Source: Eledone cirrhosa (Eukaryota). Taken from it: a stretch of DNA of 64,000 nucleotides. Where the stretch lies: positions 346,146,001 to 346,210,000 of the forward strand of contig OZ024742.1 in the NCBI GenBank assembly GCA_964016885.1. The letters are read 5' to 3'. Under the pieces are notes generated by a model that saw only the letters and a program-made list of their open reading frames with translations, searched no databases and was not told where the DNA came from. Positions 1-13,647 of this stretch are shown here, in pieces. Position 1 is the stretch's first letter; each line of letters begins with the position of its first letter. Position numbers and translations under genes: made by a program.

Positions 1-24
1 TCCTTACCACATTCCTTCGTTATA

Positions 25-55
<31 letters not shown>

Positions 56-56
56 T

Positions 57-739
57 AGTTTTGCGAGGTTTTTTATATGAAATCGTGTGTCGAAACAGAT
101 ATTGTTATATTTGGGGAGGGTCATATTTGCGTAATATTGCCAGAATTAATAACAGAACACACTCACTGTTTGGTTGGTTTTCGCTTCTCGCTGTCTTTTA
201 TATATATATATCTGCGATCTAACTTACTCGGTCCTCAATGTTGCCATTGACTGACCGGCGGTCAAAAATAATACAGATACAATATAGACACAAACACATA
301 TATATATAGTTTACATAATTTACATAAATCTTTCGTTGCACATCTGCAACATCGTCAGTGGTGTTATATTCATTGTTCCTCCTGTTGTGTTGTATGTCTA
401 CGCCATTCAGTCTGTCTATAGACAGACTGAACAAAAAAAATGGCGTAGACATACAACACAACAGGAGGAACAATGAATATAACACCACTGACGATGTTGC
501 AGATGTGCAACGAAAGATTTATGTAAATTATGTAAACTATATATATATGTGTTTGTCTATATTGTATCTGTATTATTTTTGACCGCCGGTCAGTCAATGG
601 CAACATTGAGGACCGAGTAAGTTAGATCGCAGATATATATATATAAAAGACAGCGAGAAGCGAAAACCAACCAAACAGTGAGTGTGTTCTGTTATTAATT
701 CTGGCAATATTACGCAAATATGACCCTCCCCAAATATAA

Positions 740-741
<2 letters not shown>
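57..741. mobile_element. Fold-back (inverted-repeat) non-autonomous PLE pseudo-LTR element in (TA)n, one HHR motif per arm
   Basis: Arms ~104-407 and ~439-741 are reverse complements around a small palindrome (ttcagtctgtcta|tagacagactgaa). The terminal sequence (tgaccctcccc/aa.tataac) is shared with the PLE 3' end at 51670-51750. Flanked by (TA)n. Confidence 0.75.
486..523 (+). ncRNA. Minimal type-I hammerhead ribozyme motif (short stem I); mirror copy on the - strand at ~322-360
   Basis: ca-CTGACGA-t-gttgca(gatg)tgcaac-GAAA-g(at)t-TA|tg. Core and stem II are intact; stem I is only ~2 bp. Confidence 0.6.
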
Positions 742-819
<78 letters not shown>

Positions 820-1712
820 CAATTAAGTTAAAAATGTACATCCATATATGTATACTGAAATACTAGTATGCATATGAATACACACACGTATACATATGTA
901 GATGTACCAAGTCTTTCACTGGTTACTTTACTGTGAGTATCCAGCTATGCTGTATGTAAACACACAGACAAACCGGTTTTTAGAGTCATACTGGTTTTTG
1001 AGGAAACACCTTTCCTCTATTCTCCAGAAAGCCAGACAAGGAATTTTGAACTAGTTTCGTTGTTGTATGTAAACCAGTGAAAGACTTGGTACATCTACAT
1101 ATGTATACGTGTGTGTATTCATATGCATACTAGTATTTCAGTATACATATATGGATGTACATATTTAACTTAATTGTTTAAGCGTCAGTCATACAAAAGT
1201 GAGTTACAAACGAAACGAAATTTAATTTCGTTTCGTTATTTGTTTTTATCGTCTCCGTTGAACCGGTACGTACTCACACTCTATGCAAATTAGTCTGCCC
1301 ACTACTAATTTTCATAGAAAAAGCATATAACGATATGTGCTTTTACGATTCTCCAGAAAGGCCGGTAGATAGGTAAATATTGCTGATGAGTTGTAACAAC
1401 AACGAAACTAGTTCAATATTCCTTGTCTGGCTTTCTGGAGAATAGAGGAAAGGTGTTTCCTCAAAAGCCAGTATGACTCTAAAAACCGGTTTGTCTGTGT
1501 GTTTACATACAGAATAGCTGGATACTCACAGTAAAGTAACCAGTGAAAGACTTGGTACATCTACATATGTATACGTGTGTGTATTCATATGCATACTAGT
1601 ATTTCAGTATACATATATGGATGTACATTTTTAACTTAATTGTTTAAGCGTCAGTCATACAAAAGTGAGTTACAAACGAAACGAAATTTAATTTCGTTTC
1701 GTTATTTGTTTT
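820..1712. mobile_element. ORF-less HHR element: inverted partial copy plus >1 tandem unit (~466-bp period), in (TA)n
   Basis: 820-1065 is the reverse complement of ~1397-1641. 1072-~1247 recurs at 1538-1712. (TA)n on both sides. Confidence 0.8.
1376..1420 (+). ncRNA. Minimal type-I hammerhead ribozyme
   Basis: Stem I aatattg/caatatt, core CTGATGA, stem II gttgt/acaac, GAAA, palindromic stem III aCTAGt, cleavage triplet GUU. Stem I extends into a long hairpin ~1348-1443. Confidence 0.85.
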
Positions 1713-1744
<32 letters not shown>

Positions 1745-1795
1745 ATACATATATATATATAAACACCTCTATATACACATAATACACACACACAT

Positions 1796-1904
<109 letters not shown>

Positions 1905-2042
1905 AGTGTAATTTACTACACAAAACGAAGGTTATAGAGAAAATTGAGGTTGGTAATGGCACATGGAATATATGAGACAGAATACTTTTTTGTGAAAAAA
2001 CATATAATTTTATAAGGTAAGGAAATAATAAAGGGTATAAAA

Positions 2043-2086
2043 AATGACCGGTTTCGATGGGTCTGCAAAAGCCATCTTTTCAAATG
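2043..2086 (-). ncRNA. Degenerate HHR motif with U3-A8 core
   Basis: Minus strand: at-TTGAAAA-gatgg...ccatc-GAAA-ccgg-TC|at. Stem I is only 2 bp. Confidence 0.45.
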
Positions 2087-2443
2087 TTGATTAATATTAA
2101 GAAAAATTAATAAGAAGAAGAGTTAAAATTTGAGATTTGAAAATTCAAGTATAAAATTCATTGTGGGATTTCATAGTAGTTTTCATCTTGGTAGCAGCTC
2201 GTTGACTGCTTCTGGTAGTGAATGAGAAGTTATTTGGGGGTGTGGGTTACTTTATAAAGGTCAAATTTAGCAATGGCCAGATGGCCAGCTGCTGGTCAGT
2301 GAAGGGGTGGAAGCAGTATACATACATATATCTCTCTCTGTGGTCGGTAGGAGAGGGGAGATTGATAGAAAGGGATTTAGTGCACTTACACCTATATATA
2401 CACACATACCTTCATCCACACATACATACATATACATATACAT

Positions 2444-2520
<77 letters not shown>

Positions 2521-2593
2521 CACACATACATACACACACACATATACATATACATACACATATACACACACACATATATGCACATACACACTC

Positions 2594-2624
<31 letters not shown>

Positions 2625-2715
2625 TGCATATATACATATGTGTATGTATACATATATAATATATATATATATATATTTATACATATATATGTATTTATAC
2701 ATATATATATTTATA

Positions 2716-2765
<50 letters not shown>

Positions 2766-2958
2766 ACATCCGTGTATATATTTATGGATATCTGAGACTT
2801 TCAATATTTCAATGATTCTAAACAACCAACGAATCCTTTAACGTTATCAAATTACTGCACAGATATTTTTTATCTCCTTCCTTCCCGAGACATATAAAGT
2901 GATATTTGCTGCGGCACATTTTTTTTGTAGGTTATTGAACAACTATACATATATATAT

Positions 2959-3069
<111 letters not shown>

Positions 3070-3070
3070 G

Positions 3071-3110
<40 letters not shown>

Positions 3111-3191
3111 TTATACATGCATATGTATATGTACATGTATGTATATATATATATATATATATGTGTTTGTGAGTGTATATATATATATATA

Positions 3192-3269
<78 letters not shown>

Positions 3270-3394
3270 TATATTATATCCAATGCATCTTTTGTTTGAC
3301 ATAGATGTGATTATATATATATATATATATATACATATGATATTTATATATGGATTTGTCTATTTATAGTTATATACATATAATAATATATGCA

Positions 3395-3500
<106 letters not shown>

Positions 3501-3753
3501 CATTTATATTAATATATATATATATATTGATTTATTTAGTAAAATCAATGGAAAGGTCGATATATCCGGCATTCTGTTTAGATTTTACAATAACATATCA
3601 ACTGCCTGTTTGTATATATTGCATGTTTCATTTGATCTTTTATATCATCTCTCGTTTTTACCTACATAACAACGTAGCTCTATAGTTATATAGCTATATA
3701 GCTATATAGCTATATAACTGTATAACTATATAGCTATATAGCTATATAGCTAT

Positions 3754-3880
3754 ATAGGAAAAAGTATGACCCCGACGGCAAAGCTCAAGCCGTTTCGACG
3801 GCTATTTCTGGACTATTTTAGTCCAGAAATAGCCGTCGAAACGGCTTGCGTTCTGCCGTCGGGGTCATACTTTTTCCTAT
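3754..3880. repeat. Mini fold-back element; related sequence at ~44940-45075
   Basis: ataggaaaaagtatgaccccgacggc...ggacta/tagtcc...gccgtcggggtcatactttttcctat. Arms contain gtcGAAACGGC. Confidence 0.7.
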
Positions 3881-4127
3881 TTCCCACTCTACTAACCTAA
3901 GTATTGAGTACTCTGGTGCGTTATGGTCCATCTGGTCCCTTACCACAATTCATTTGTTATATAGATATATAGATATATATTTACTTTGGCGGTCCCTCTG
4001 TCAGTGAGGCTTTGTGTCTCCCTGTCAGCTTGTCGGAATCTCTGCCTGTTGGTTGGTTCTTTTCCTATCTCTCCATCTATATAGCCATCGCATTCGGTCT
4101 CACCCTCATCTATCTATCTATCTATCT

Positions 4128-7086
4128 CCCGGTTACTGGAAGCTCAACTTGTCCTTGCCGGCAAGTACAGCCTACAGGAATCGGATTAGTACGTTAGTTA
4201 AGGAACGGTTGACTGGAGCGATCGTCAACAGCAGGTGGTGGGTATCTCTAAAGAGAGAGATTAGAGTAGTCTCGATAGAATTTAGTAAGGTTCTAGCTGC
4301 GGATAGGAATAGGAAGGAAAGGGAGCTAATAGATAGAGTAGAAGAGGCAATTAGAAGCGGCGACGTGGCCAGAGTGCTAGCGTCGAGAACGGCTTTGAGC
4401 CAGTTTTTCGACGCGAAGCACGAAGGCTGCGTTGTCCGAAGTAAAATACGTGCTCTAGGGAACGAGGGGACCAAAGCTGTTAGCTGGGCCCGCGTGACAG
4501 AGGCCAACAGTGGAACTAAATCCACCATCCGGTCTTTGCGAGACCTGGATGGACGGGCGATTCTTGAGCCTAAGCAGATGTGTGAGGCCTTTCAAAGGCA
4601 CTTTGCCCGACTGTTCAGGAGGGGCGGGGAGCCGGTTGGGAACGTGAACTTCGGTCCATACCTCGACGCCCTGCCGCGCCTCTCGGACAGGGAGGCGAAG
4701 TCCTGCGAGGAGCCGATTTCGGCCGCTTCGATAGAGGACGTGCTGAGCCAATGCGGCAAACGCAAATCCCCGGGTCTCGATGGTCTTCCTTACGAATTAT
4801 ATCTAGCTATGCCGGACTTGTTCCCCGATCTCCTCGAGGCGGTCTACTGCAACTGGCAACAGAACGGGAGAATTCCCTGTACTGTGACCAAGGGCGTAGT
4901 CACGCTAGGGAGGAAGGACGAGAACAAGGGGGACGAAATAAGTAACTTCAGGCCCATAACTCTGCTAAATAGAGTTACAGATTTTGGCCAAGAGGTTGGC
5001 GCTTGTCGTGGGCAACCTGGTGGGAGATGCGCAGACATGCGCTATCCCGTCCAGGTCCATCCATGACAACCTCCACCTCATGCGATACATCATAGAGAGG
5101 GTTGGGAACGAACTCGGCTTTGGTGGGGCTCTGATCAACTTGGATCAATCTAAGGCGTTCGATAGGGTCGACCATGGTTACCTGGATGCGGTGCTAGCGG
5201 CGGCAGGCTTCGGACCCGTCTTCAGGGGCTGGATCACTGCTATGCACAGCAGCCGCATCTGCTCTAGGGTCAAGGTGAACGGCTACCTCTCGGAGCCGTT
5301 CAAAATCGCGCGGTCCATCCGACAAGGGTGCCCTCTCTCCTCCCTTCTGTATGTGTTGACTCTCGAGCCACTACTGCGGAAGTTGGAGTTGTTGCAGGGC
5401 ATCCCTTTGGAACCGGGATTGCGGAAAGCGGTGTCAGCCTACGCCGATGACGTGACAGTAATGGTGTCGACGGCCTCCGAAATCGAGGCGGTCGGCACCT
5501 TACTGGAGGAGTACGAAAAGTTCACAGGGGCTAAGCTGAACCGGGACAAGTCGATCGGTTTGCAACTCGGCACGTGGAGGGGCAGACCGACGCCCTCCGA
5601 TGGCGTCGTCGGACGCTGGACGGAGGGCCCGGTGAAATTGCTCGGGGTCTGGTTCGGACCGGACCTCCAGGTGGAGAAAAACTGGGCGGAGGTTACGAAC
5701 AGGGTGTTTGCACTGACCCAGAAGTGGGCCAGTTGCAAACTATCCCTGAAATGTTGGGCGGAGGTGGCGAACACTTATATAGCGTCCGTCATCTACTACC
5801 GCCTGACCGTAGTGCCCTGCCCAAGGGAAACCCTCACCAAGATGGAGCGCGCGCTCTTCCAATTCCTTTGGAAGAGGCGGGCTCCTATGGTAAGGAGATC
5901 CATCTGCTGTCAATACCCTTCGAAAGGAGGGCTGGGGATGCCGTGGCTAATGATGCGTAAACACGCATTAAGGCTACGGCACCTCTACGTATTCCTCACT
6001 GGACAACCGGTGTGGGCCTCGTTTGTGAGACGAACCTTTCCCAGACTCGTCTCACTCACCGAGCTGCAATCCTGGGTCAAGCAAAGACCGAGAAAACTGG
6101 GCGCCTGGCACACTGAGTGTGCCCAGGCGCTCACCGCCCTCTGGCAGGCGGATCCGGTTATCAGTGGAGACTCCACCGCAACATTCTATAGAGGGCTGGT
6201 ACGCAGCAGGTGCGACGACGCCCTCGGAGAAGCCCTAGACATGGAGGAGGACGAACTGGCCAGCCTGTTCGGTAGGACATTTAGCCCGGGACCTATGGAC
6301 AACTTCCAGAAGTCCCTGGCCTGGCAGTGCTACCGAGGGGCTTTACCCGTTCGAGAAAGGCTCTACAGACACGGGCGCCCGGGTAGGGACCCTGCCAAAA
6401 AGATCTGTCCCAGATGCGTGTGCGACGAGGAAACCGTTGCACACGCATTGGTACACTGCTCGGGCGTAGCCGATCTGTGGGGCTATGTCGAACAACTGCT
6501 GTCAAGGGTGGGACCGATCCGGTTGACCACCGAGTCTATTGTAATGATCAAGCCGCCTCCCCCCTTCAAAGATGAAGCAGAGGCGGTGTTTCTGTGCGTA
6601 ATAGCCATGGCGAAAGAGGTTGTATGGTGGACGCGTCTGAAAGGACTGAGGTCAGGCACCTTTCTCTCTGGACAACAACTGGTCCGTTTCTTCCGATATC
6701 ATTTCGGAAGAAGGATCAGGATGGAGAGAGAGGTGCTGCACCCCAGTCGTTTTTATGAAAGGTGGGTGAAAGTGGCGAGAATGGCACGTGTGAATGGGCC
6801 TTCTCTTTACATAAGCCTGTAGGTGGAAAAGAGGAAGGAACGAGGGAGCACCCCCTCTCTGTGCTCCTGAGGAAAAGGGTTGCACACTTTTCTCGGGGGT
6901 GTGTGCGACCCCCCAAGGTGCCTCCTCTCTATTGAGGATTGTGTTATAAATTTTATTTTTTGTTATATCTTATTTTATTTTTATATTTTGTTATTGCCTC
7001 CTCCTTATTGAGGACGCCTTTTTGTGTAAACTCCCCCCTTTGCACTTGTCCCACTTTTGATGCCCTAGTGGCAAATAAAAGAAACA
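4128..7086 (+). mobile_element. Tx1/L1-clade non-LTR retrotransposon, 5'-truncated copy A
   Basis: Starts at PGYWKLN. Contains KSPGLDGLPYE, NFRPITLLN, LDQSKAFDRVDH, IRQGCPLS, AYADD and a C-terminal CPRC..EETVAH...C finger. Ends AATAAA then (TATC)n; (TATC)5 lies immediately 5'. Confidence 0.92.
4984..6822 (+). pseudogene. Tx1-type ORF2, RT core plus zf-RVT part (frameshifted from upstream ORF 4014-5066 near 4970)
   Basis: RT motifs in the 612-aa ORF. A small deletion relative to copy C at LLN-TELQILAKV explains the frameshift. Confidence 0.88.
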
Positions 7087-7108
7087 TATCTATCTATCTA
7101 TCTATTTG

Positions 7109-7485
7109 ATCTTTTTTTCAAGTACGACTTTGGAAGAAGAATCAGGATGAGAGAGAGGTGCTGTACCCCAGCAAGTTTTATGAAAGGTGGTTGAAAGTGG
7201 CGAGAATGGCCCGAGTGAATGGGCCTTCTCTCTATATCAGCCTGTAGGTTGAGGAAAAGGAGGAGGAGAGGAAAGGAGTACAAACTCTTCGTACTCCTGG
7301 AGATGAGGGTTGCACATTTTTTTCGGGGGTATTTGTTACCCATATAAACTGTCTCCCTCTATTGGGGAAAATCGACTAACTTTTTAAATTCCATTTGTGA
7401 TAACATTTTACACGTTTTTATTGTATGTAAACTTCCCCCTTTGTATTTGTCCCCTTCTTTTGTGCCCCTGTGGCTAATAAAGAAA
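7109..7485 (+). mobile_element. Tx1 3' fragment (copy B), nearly identical to the 3' end of copy C
   Basis: Matches ~12977-13355. Bounded by (TATC)n on both sides. Confidence 0.88.
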
Positions 7486-7760
7486 TATATCTATCTATCT
7501 ATCTATCTATCTATGTATCTATCTATCTATCTCTCTCTCTACCAGACTATGTAACTTCGCGGAGAAGTTTCCGTTAATTTATGTAAGTAAAAAACGTGAG
7601 TTTTCAGTTAAATTTTATATTATTGTGTAACTTGACCCCCCGTCTGGACCTTCAGGTGGTGGGTCAACTCATTTTCGCCCCTACAGGGGCGAAATATTCG
7701 TTTGAAAAAATTTTATCCATCGAATTGTGAAAAAAATATCGGAAGAAGTTTGATTACGTT

Positions 7761-9704
7761 ATGAACGCTGCGTTCAACGATAATGGTGGTGGAGAGTCGG
7801 CAAGACTACATAGCTCGCAGTCAACATCGTCTTCTTCCCTAGATACTATGGAGATGGAAAGAAGAAATGAAAATGTAAAAACAAATTCATATCCAAACAA
7901 CACAAATGACACCAAACAGTTCAATGACAACAAAAATAACAACAACACCAATAATGATGATAAAAACAACAATGACAACAACAACAAAGAAAAAAATAAA
8001 GACAACACCAATAACACCAGCATCAAAGACAACAACAACACCAACACCAAGGAAAATACGAATAATATCAACATCAGTGACAAGAATAACAACAATAACA
8101 ACAATAATGACAACACCACCAACACGGATAATTCCACAAAGAAACCAAAAATCTCCTTTGCACAGACAGTTCAGAAAAAGGAGGAACTGACATATCTCGA
8201 CATAACAAATGCCGAACAACTTTTAAAGGACGCTAGGAGATATGTCACTTTCGAAAAACATGGTGCTTTCAGCATCAATTCTCCGGTAGAAATTGGCAAG
8301 GAAACTGCTCTCAAAACGATAGGTTTTAGGACAGTTTCCAATTCTACCCGAAAACCAGTCCAATTGTCACAGAAAGAAATTGAATGAATGATATTGCATT
8401 CATTCAAAGAAGCAAACTTTTTGGGAGTATTTCGGTACTCATAAAGGATCAATTGACGGCCCAAAATTACTCTGTGTCGCCAATTGTATCCAACATGTAT
8501 ACCTTTTTCCCTACATACATGGGAAAAAGGACACAAAAGATTAAAATCACGTGTGTCATACCAAAGGTGAAAATATGGTGGATACTGTGCGGCTTTATCA
8601 ATTTTGATGAAGACGGAATACTGTCAGTAGGAAAGTCCCCCAGAGGTGTATTCAATGGGACTAGCATTGAAGTTCTGGTGCAAATGGGCCCAGAGCGAAT
8701 AGCTATGATCCCACAACGTGTACTCCTGGACGGACTCACCTACATAAACTTTTCGGTTGAGGGTAGGCGGCCTTCATGTTACCATTGCTTTAGCAGGAGT
8801 CACCTGAATGCTTCCTGTCCTAAATTGATGAGTCAAAAAAAGGCTCTTCTGCCGACACCCATCAAAACAATACAACCACCAACACCACCACCACAACAAC
8901 AACACCAACACACAAAAATAACCACAACAAACACAGTCACACCCAACCCCACTCCACCTAAAACCACTGCAAAATCACATACAGACACAACAGCTCCCCA
9001 AGACATACCCCTCCCCAATCACACAGACGATACAACAAATGAGGCTATCTCGCCATCACCCAGTGAAGACGAGGGAGAACCCCATTGCTCGAAAAGAAAG
9101 AAAAGACATCACAAAAGCAAAAAACCAGCAAACACTACCACAAACATACAACCACCAACACAAACAACAAAAACATCACAAACAAAACCCCCACCTCCTG
9201 AAAACAAAATACCTACAACAAAACGAAAGCACACACAAGCACTAGACAAAAACAAACACAACACAAGAAAATTACACTTACACTTACATAAACACTGAAA
9301 ACAAAACACTAATGGAGACCATCACGAACGACCCTTCGGTGAAAACCGAAGGGAAAACTTTCGCCCACTCTATTAAAAATAACAAAAAACTGAACCTAAA
9401 ACTGATTAGGGTCCCTATACAATCTTATGGGTCCCTAAAAGAAACATTTGAAAAGGATGTGGGGAATTCCTGCGTAAAACCACTTAACCGCGTCTTTCTC
9501 AAATGTCTCCCCACCCCAGACACCCCATCCTACCAGACCCCTTCCCACCAAACATCTCCGTCCCCACCCCGCCGGAAACCACCACCCACCCAGATAACCC
9601 CTCCAACACCCCCATGGAAATTGTGCAGCCTGGTCTCCAGGAGACGAAGGGTGAGTGATCTCTTTTCCTCTTTTAACTTTTCAGCACCAACATGGCCAAT
9701 ATAA
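7761..9704 (+). pseudogene. Tx1 ORF1 (nucleic-acid-binding, CCHC knuckle), frameshifted
   Basis: Three consecutive ORFs upstream of the APE domain. CX2CX4HX4C in 8384-9298. Asn-rich N-terminus and Thr/Pro/Lys-rich C-terminus. Confidence 0.75.
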
Positions 9705-12700
9705 GAGTTGGATGTGTGAACGTACGCGGCCTGGGGATGGCCTGGAAACAGGGCAAACTCTTAAACGACCTCAGGTCGCACAGTATGGATGTGGTAGCCA
9801 TTTGCGAGTCCAGGATCCACAGCGAGCGACAGCTGGCCCCCATCTTCGATAACTTTGAGATCTACGCATCTCTCTGTCAACCGGGGGTGGGGGCGGAGTT
9901 GCCGTTTTGCTGCGGAAACACCTGGGCCTCGTAACACAGACGGTACATCTGGACCCGGGCGGTCGACTGGTCGTCCTAGACGTTGACGGTAGTGAAGGTG
10001 GAGCCTTCAGGCTGGTGGCTGCATATGCCCCATCCGGGACACCACGGCCAGACTTCTTCAAACATCTAGAGACTTTTCTGGGGACGTCCCGCTCCTTGCT
10101 TTTAGTGGGGGACTGGAATGGAATCCTAGATGCACGTTGGGACTATGTGGGAGCATGTCCCGATAAAGGGGGGTGTAACAGCCTCAAACAGTTAATCGAC
10201 CGATTTGACCTGGCCGATAGATATCGACTAGATTTTCCGACTGTGCCACTGTGGACGTGGACTAATTGTAGCGGAACATCTAGATCGTACCTAGATAGAG
10301 TTCTAGTTAGAAATAAGGATAGGGACATGTAAGCTGTCCACAAATGTTCATGGTTGCCTATTCAGATCACAAACTAGTGACCTGCATGGCCAACCTTGAT
10401 AGAACCCATAGACTAGGACTCGGCTACTGGAAGCTGAACTTGTCGTTACCCACAAGCAAAGCCTACAGTAGACGGATTAGCACTTTAGTTAAACAGCACT
10501 TGACAGGGGCCATTGTCAACAACAGATGGTGGTACTCTCTCAAGAGGGCAGTTAGATTAGGCTCGTTAGTTTTTAGTAAAGAATTAGCGTTAGATAGAAA
10601 TAGAACCGAGAAGGAACTAGTAGATAAAGTAGAAGAGGCAATTAGAAGTGGCAACGTAGCCAGCGTGCTAGCAACGAGAACGGCATTGGACCAGTTCTTC
10701 GACGCAAAGCACGAGGGCTGCGTTGTCAGAAGCCAAATACGTGCTCTGGGAAACGAGGGAGCCAAAGCTGTTAACTGGGCCCGAGTGACGGAGGCAAAAA
10801 GTGGCAACAAGTCCACGATTCTGTCTTTGAAGGACCAAAACGGACGCGTGATACGTGAGCCGAAGCAGATGTGTGCGGCCTTTCAGCGGCACTTTTCTCA
10901 ACTGTTCGGGCGGGGCGGCGCGCCGGGAGGGGTTATGGATTTCGGTCCATACCTCGACGGCCTACCGCGACTCTCGGACAGCGAGGCAAAGTTCTGCGAA
11001 AATCCGATTTCAGCCGGAGCTAGTGGACGCGCTGAGCCAATGCGGCAAACGCAAATCTCCAGGTCTCGACGGTCTGCTACGAATTTTACGTAGCAATGCC
11101 GGACTTATTCTCCGGTCTCCTGGAAGCGGTCTACTGCAACTGGCAACAGAACGGGAGAATTCCCAGTTCTGTAACCGTGGGCATAGTCACACTAATCAGG
11201 AAGGACGAGAATAAGGGTGATGACATAGGCAACTTCCGGCCCATAAATCTGCTAAACACAGAGTTACAGATTTTAGCCAAGGTTTTGGCAAAGAGGCTGG
11301 CGCTTGTCGTCGAGAAGCTGGTGGGAGAACATGCGCAATCCCGACCAGGTCTATACGCGACAACCACCACCTCATGCGATGCATCATAGAGAGGGTAGGG
11401 TGTAAACCCGGCTTCGGTGGGGCCCTGATCAACTTGGATCAGTCTAAGGCTTTCGATAGGGTTGACCATCGTTACCTGGATACGGTGCTCGAGGCGGCAG
11501 GCTTCGGACCCGTGTTCAGGGGCTGGATTGCTGCAATGCACAACAGCAACATCTGCTCAAGGGTCAAGGTGAACGGCTACCTCTCGGAGCCGTTCCATAT
11601 TACGCGATCCATTCGACAGGGATGCCCTCTCTCCTCCCTTCTGTACGTACTGACTCTCGAGCCACTGCTTCGGAAGTTGGAGCTATTGCAGGGCATCCCT
11701 CTGGAACCGGGACTGCGGAAAGCGGCGTCGGCCTATGCCGACGACGTGACAGTAATGGTGTCGAGCGGCTCGCAAATCGAGGAAGTCGGCAACTTACTGA
11801 AGGAATACGAAAGTTTCACAGGAGCGAAGCTGAACTGGGACAAGTCCATCGGTTTGCAACTCGGATCGTGGAGAGGCAAACCGATGCCTTCCTATGGCGT
11901 CGTCGGACGCTGGACGGAAGGACCGGTAAAGCTGCTCGGGGTCTGGTTTGGTCCGGACCTCCAGGTGGAGAAGAACTGGAACGAAGTGACGGCCAAGGTG
12001 TTTGCACTCACCCAGAAGTGGGCCGAGTGCAAACTATTCTTGAAAGGTCGAGCGGAGCTGGCGAACACTTTTATAGCGTCCGCCATCTACTACCGCTTGA
12101 CCGTCGTGCCTTGTCCAGCCAAAACGCTCGCCAAAATGGAGCGCGCGCTCTTCCGATTCCTTTGGAAGAGGCGGGCTCCTTTGGTGAGAAGATCTATCTG
12201 CTGCCAACACCCTTCTAACGGAGGGTTGGGGATGCCGTGGTTGACGATGCGCAAACACGTGCTCAGGCTGCGGCATCTCTACGTATTCCTCACCGGACAA
12301 CCGGTGTGGGCCCCGTTCGTGAGGCGAGCCTTCCCACGACTCGTCTCGCTGACCGAGCTGCAGTCCTGGGTCAAGCAAAGACCGAGGAAAATGGGCGACT
12401 GACACATCGAATGTGCTCAGGCGCTCACAGCCCTCTGGCAGGCGGACCCGGCGATCAGTGGAGACTCCACTTCGTCATTTTATAGAGGGTTGATCCGCAG
12501 CAAGTGCGACGACGCGCTCGGTGAAACTCTAGGCGTAGAGGAAGATGAACTGGCAAGTCTGTTCGGTAGGACCTTCCGCCCGGGACCGATGGACAACTTC
12601 CAAAAGTTCCTGGCCTGGCAGTGCTACCGAGGAGCTCTACCAGTTCGAGACAAGCTCTACAGACATGGGCGCCCGGACAGGGACCCTGCAAAAAAGATCT

Positions 12701-13116
12701 ATCCGAGGTGCGTGCGTAACGAAGAAACCATCGCGCACGCATTCATACACTGCCCGGACGTCACTGAACTGTGGGGCTATGTAGAACGACTATTGTTGCG
12801 GGTGGGACCAATCCGGTTGACCACCGAGTCCATTGTCATGATCAAACCGCCACCCTCCTTCAAAAACGAAGGAGAGGCGGTTTTCCTTTGTGTGATAGCT
12901 ATGGCGAAAGAGGTTGTATGGTGGACAAGGTTGAAAGGGCTGAGGTCAGACACCTTTCTCTCCGGCCAACAACTGGTTCTTTTTTTCAAATACCACTTTG
13001 GAAGAAGAATCAGGATGGAGAGATAGGTGCTGCACCCCAGCAAGTTTTATGAAAGGTGGGTGAAAGTGGCGAGAATGGCCCGAGTGAATGGGCCTTCTCT
13101 CTATATCAGCCTGTAG
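9692..13116 (+). pseudogene. Tx1 ORF2 (APE endonuclease + reverse transcriptase + Zn finger), disrupted
   Basis: ORF pieces 9692-9934, 9907-10332, 10344-11093, 11096-11389, 11374-12402 and 12490-13026; the later pieces are collinear with copy A. Confidence 0.9.
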
Positions 13117-13374
13117 GTTGAGGAAAAGGAGGAGGTGAGGAACGGAGTACAAACTCTTCATACTCCTGGAGTTGAGGGTTGCACATTTTTTCGGGGGTAT
13201 GTGTTACCCATATGAACTGTCTCCCCTCTATTGGGGAAAATCGACTAACTTTTTAAATTGCATTTGTGATAACATTTTACACGTTTTTATTGTATGTAAA
13301 GTTCCCCCTTTGTATTTGTCCCCTTCTTTTGTGCCCCTGTGGCTAATAAGGAAACATCTATCTATCTATCTATC

Positions 13375-13647
13375 AAAGATGGCCCGTGTGGTTGGGCCTT
13401 CTCTCTATATAAGCCTGTAGGTTGAGGAAAAAGAGGAAGAGAGGAAGGGAGTACTCACTCTTGGTGCTCCTGGAGATGAGGGTTGTACATTTTTTCGGGG
13501 TGTGTAGAACCCCTGTGTAACGCCTCCCCCCTATTGGGGATTTCAATTGTTATTTGTTATTTTATTAATAGTTTTATTTTCATATTTGTAAACTCCCCAT
13601 TTGTATTTGTCCCTTTCTTTTGTGCCCTTGTGGCTAATAAATAAATT
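13375..13647 (+). mobile_element. Tx1 3' fragment (copy D, divergent 3'UTR)
   Basis: KMARVVGPSLYISL* followed by a 3'UTR ending ctaataaa then (TATC)n. Confidence 0.85.

Larger units (their letters stand above)
7541..13355 (+). mobile_element. Apparently full-length but decayed Tx1-clade LINE (copy C): 5'UTR, ORF1, ORF2 (APE-RT-Zn finger), 3'UTR
   Basis: ORF1 pieces 7761-9704 include the gag-like knuckle CYHCFSRSHLNASC. ORF2 from 9692 has APE motifs (VNVRGL, VAICESR, LVAAYAP, GDWNG, SYLDRVL, SDHK) and RT (AYADD), with several frameshifts and stops. Flanked by (TATC)n. Confidence 0.92.

Noticed and set aside
7109-13355. Direct repeats flanking Tx1 copy C read as LTRs
   Set aside because: They are LINE 3' ends with poly(A)-signal-like motifs; no TG..CA, PBS, PPT or integrase.
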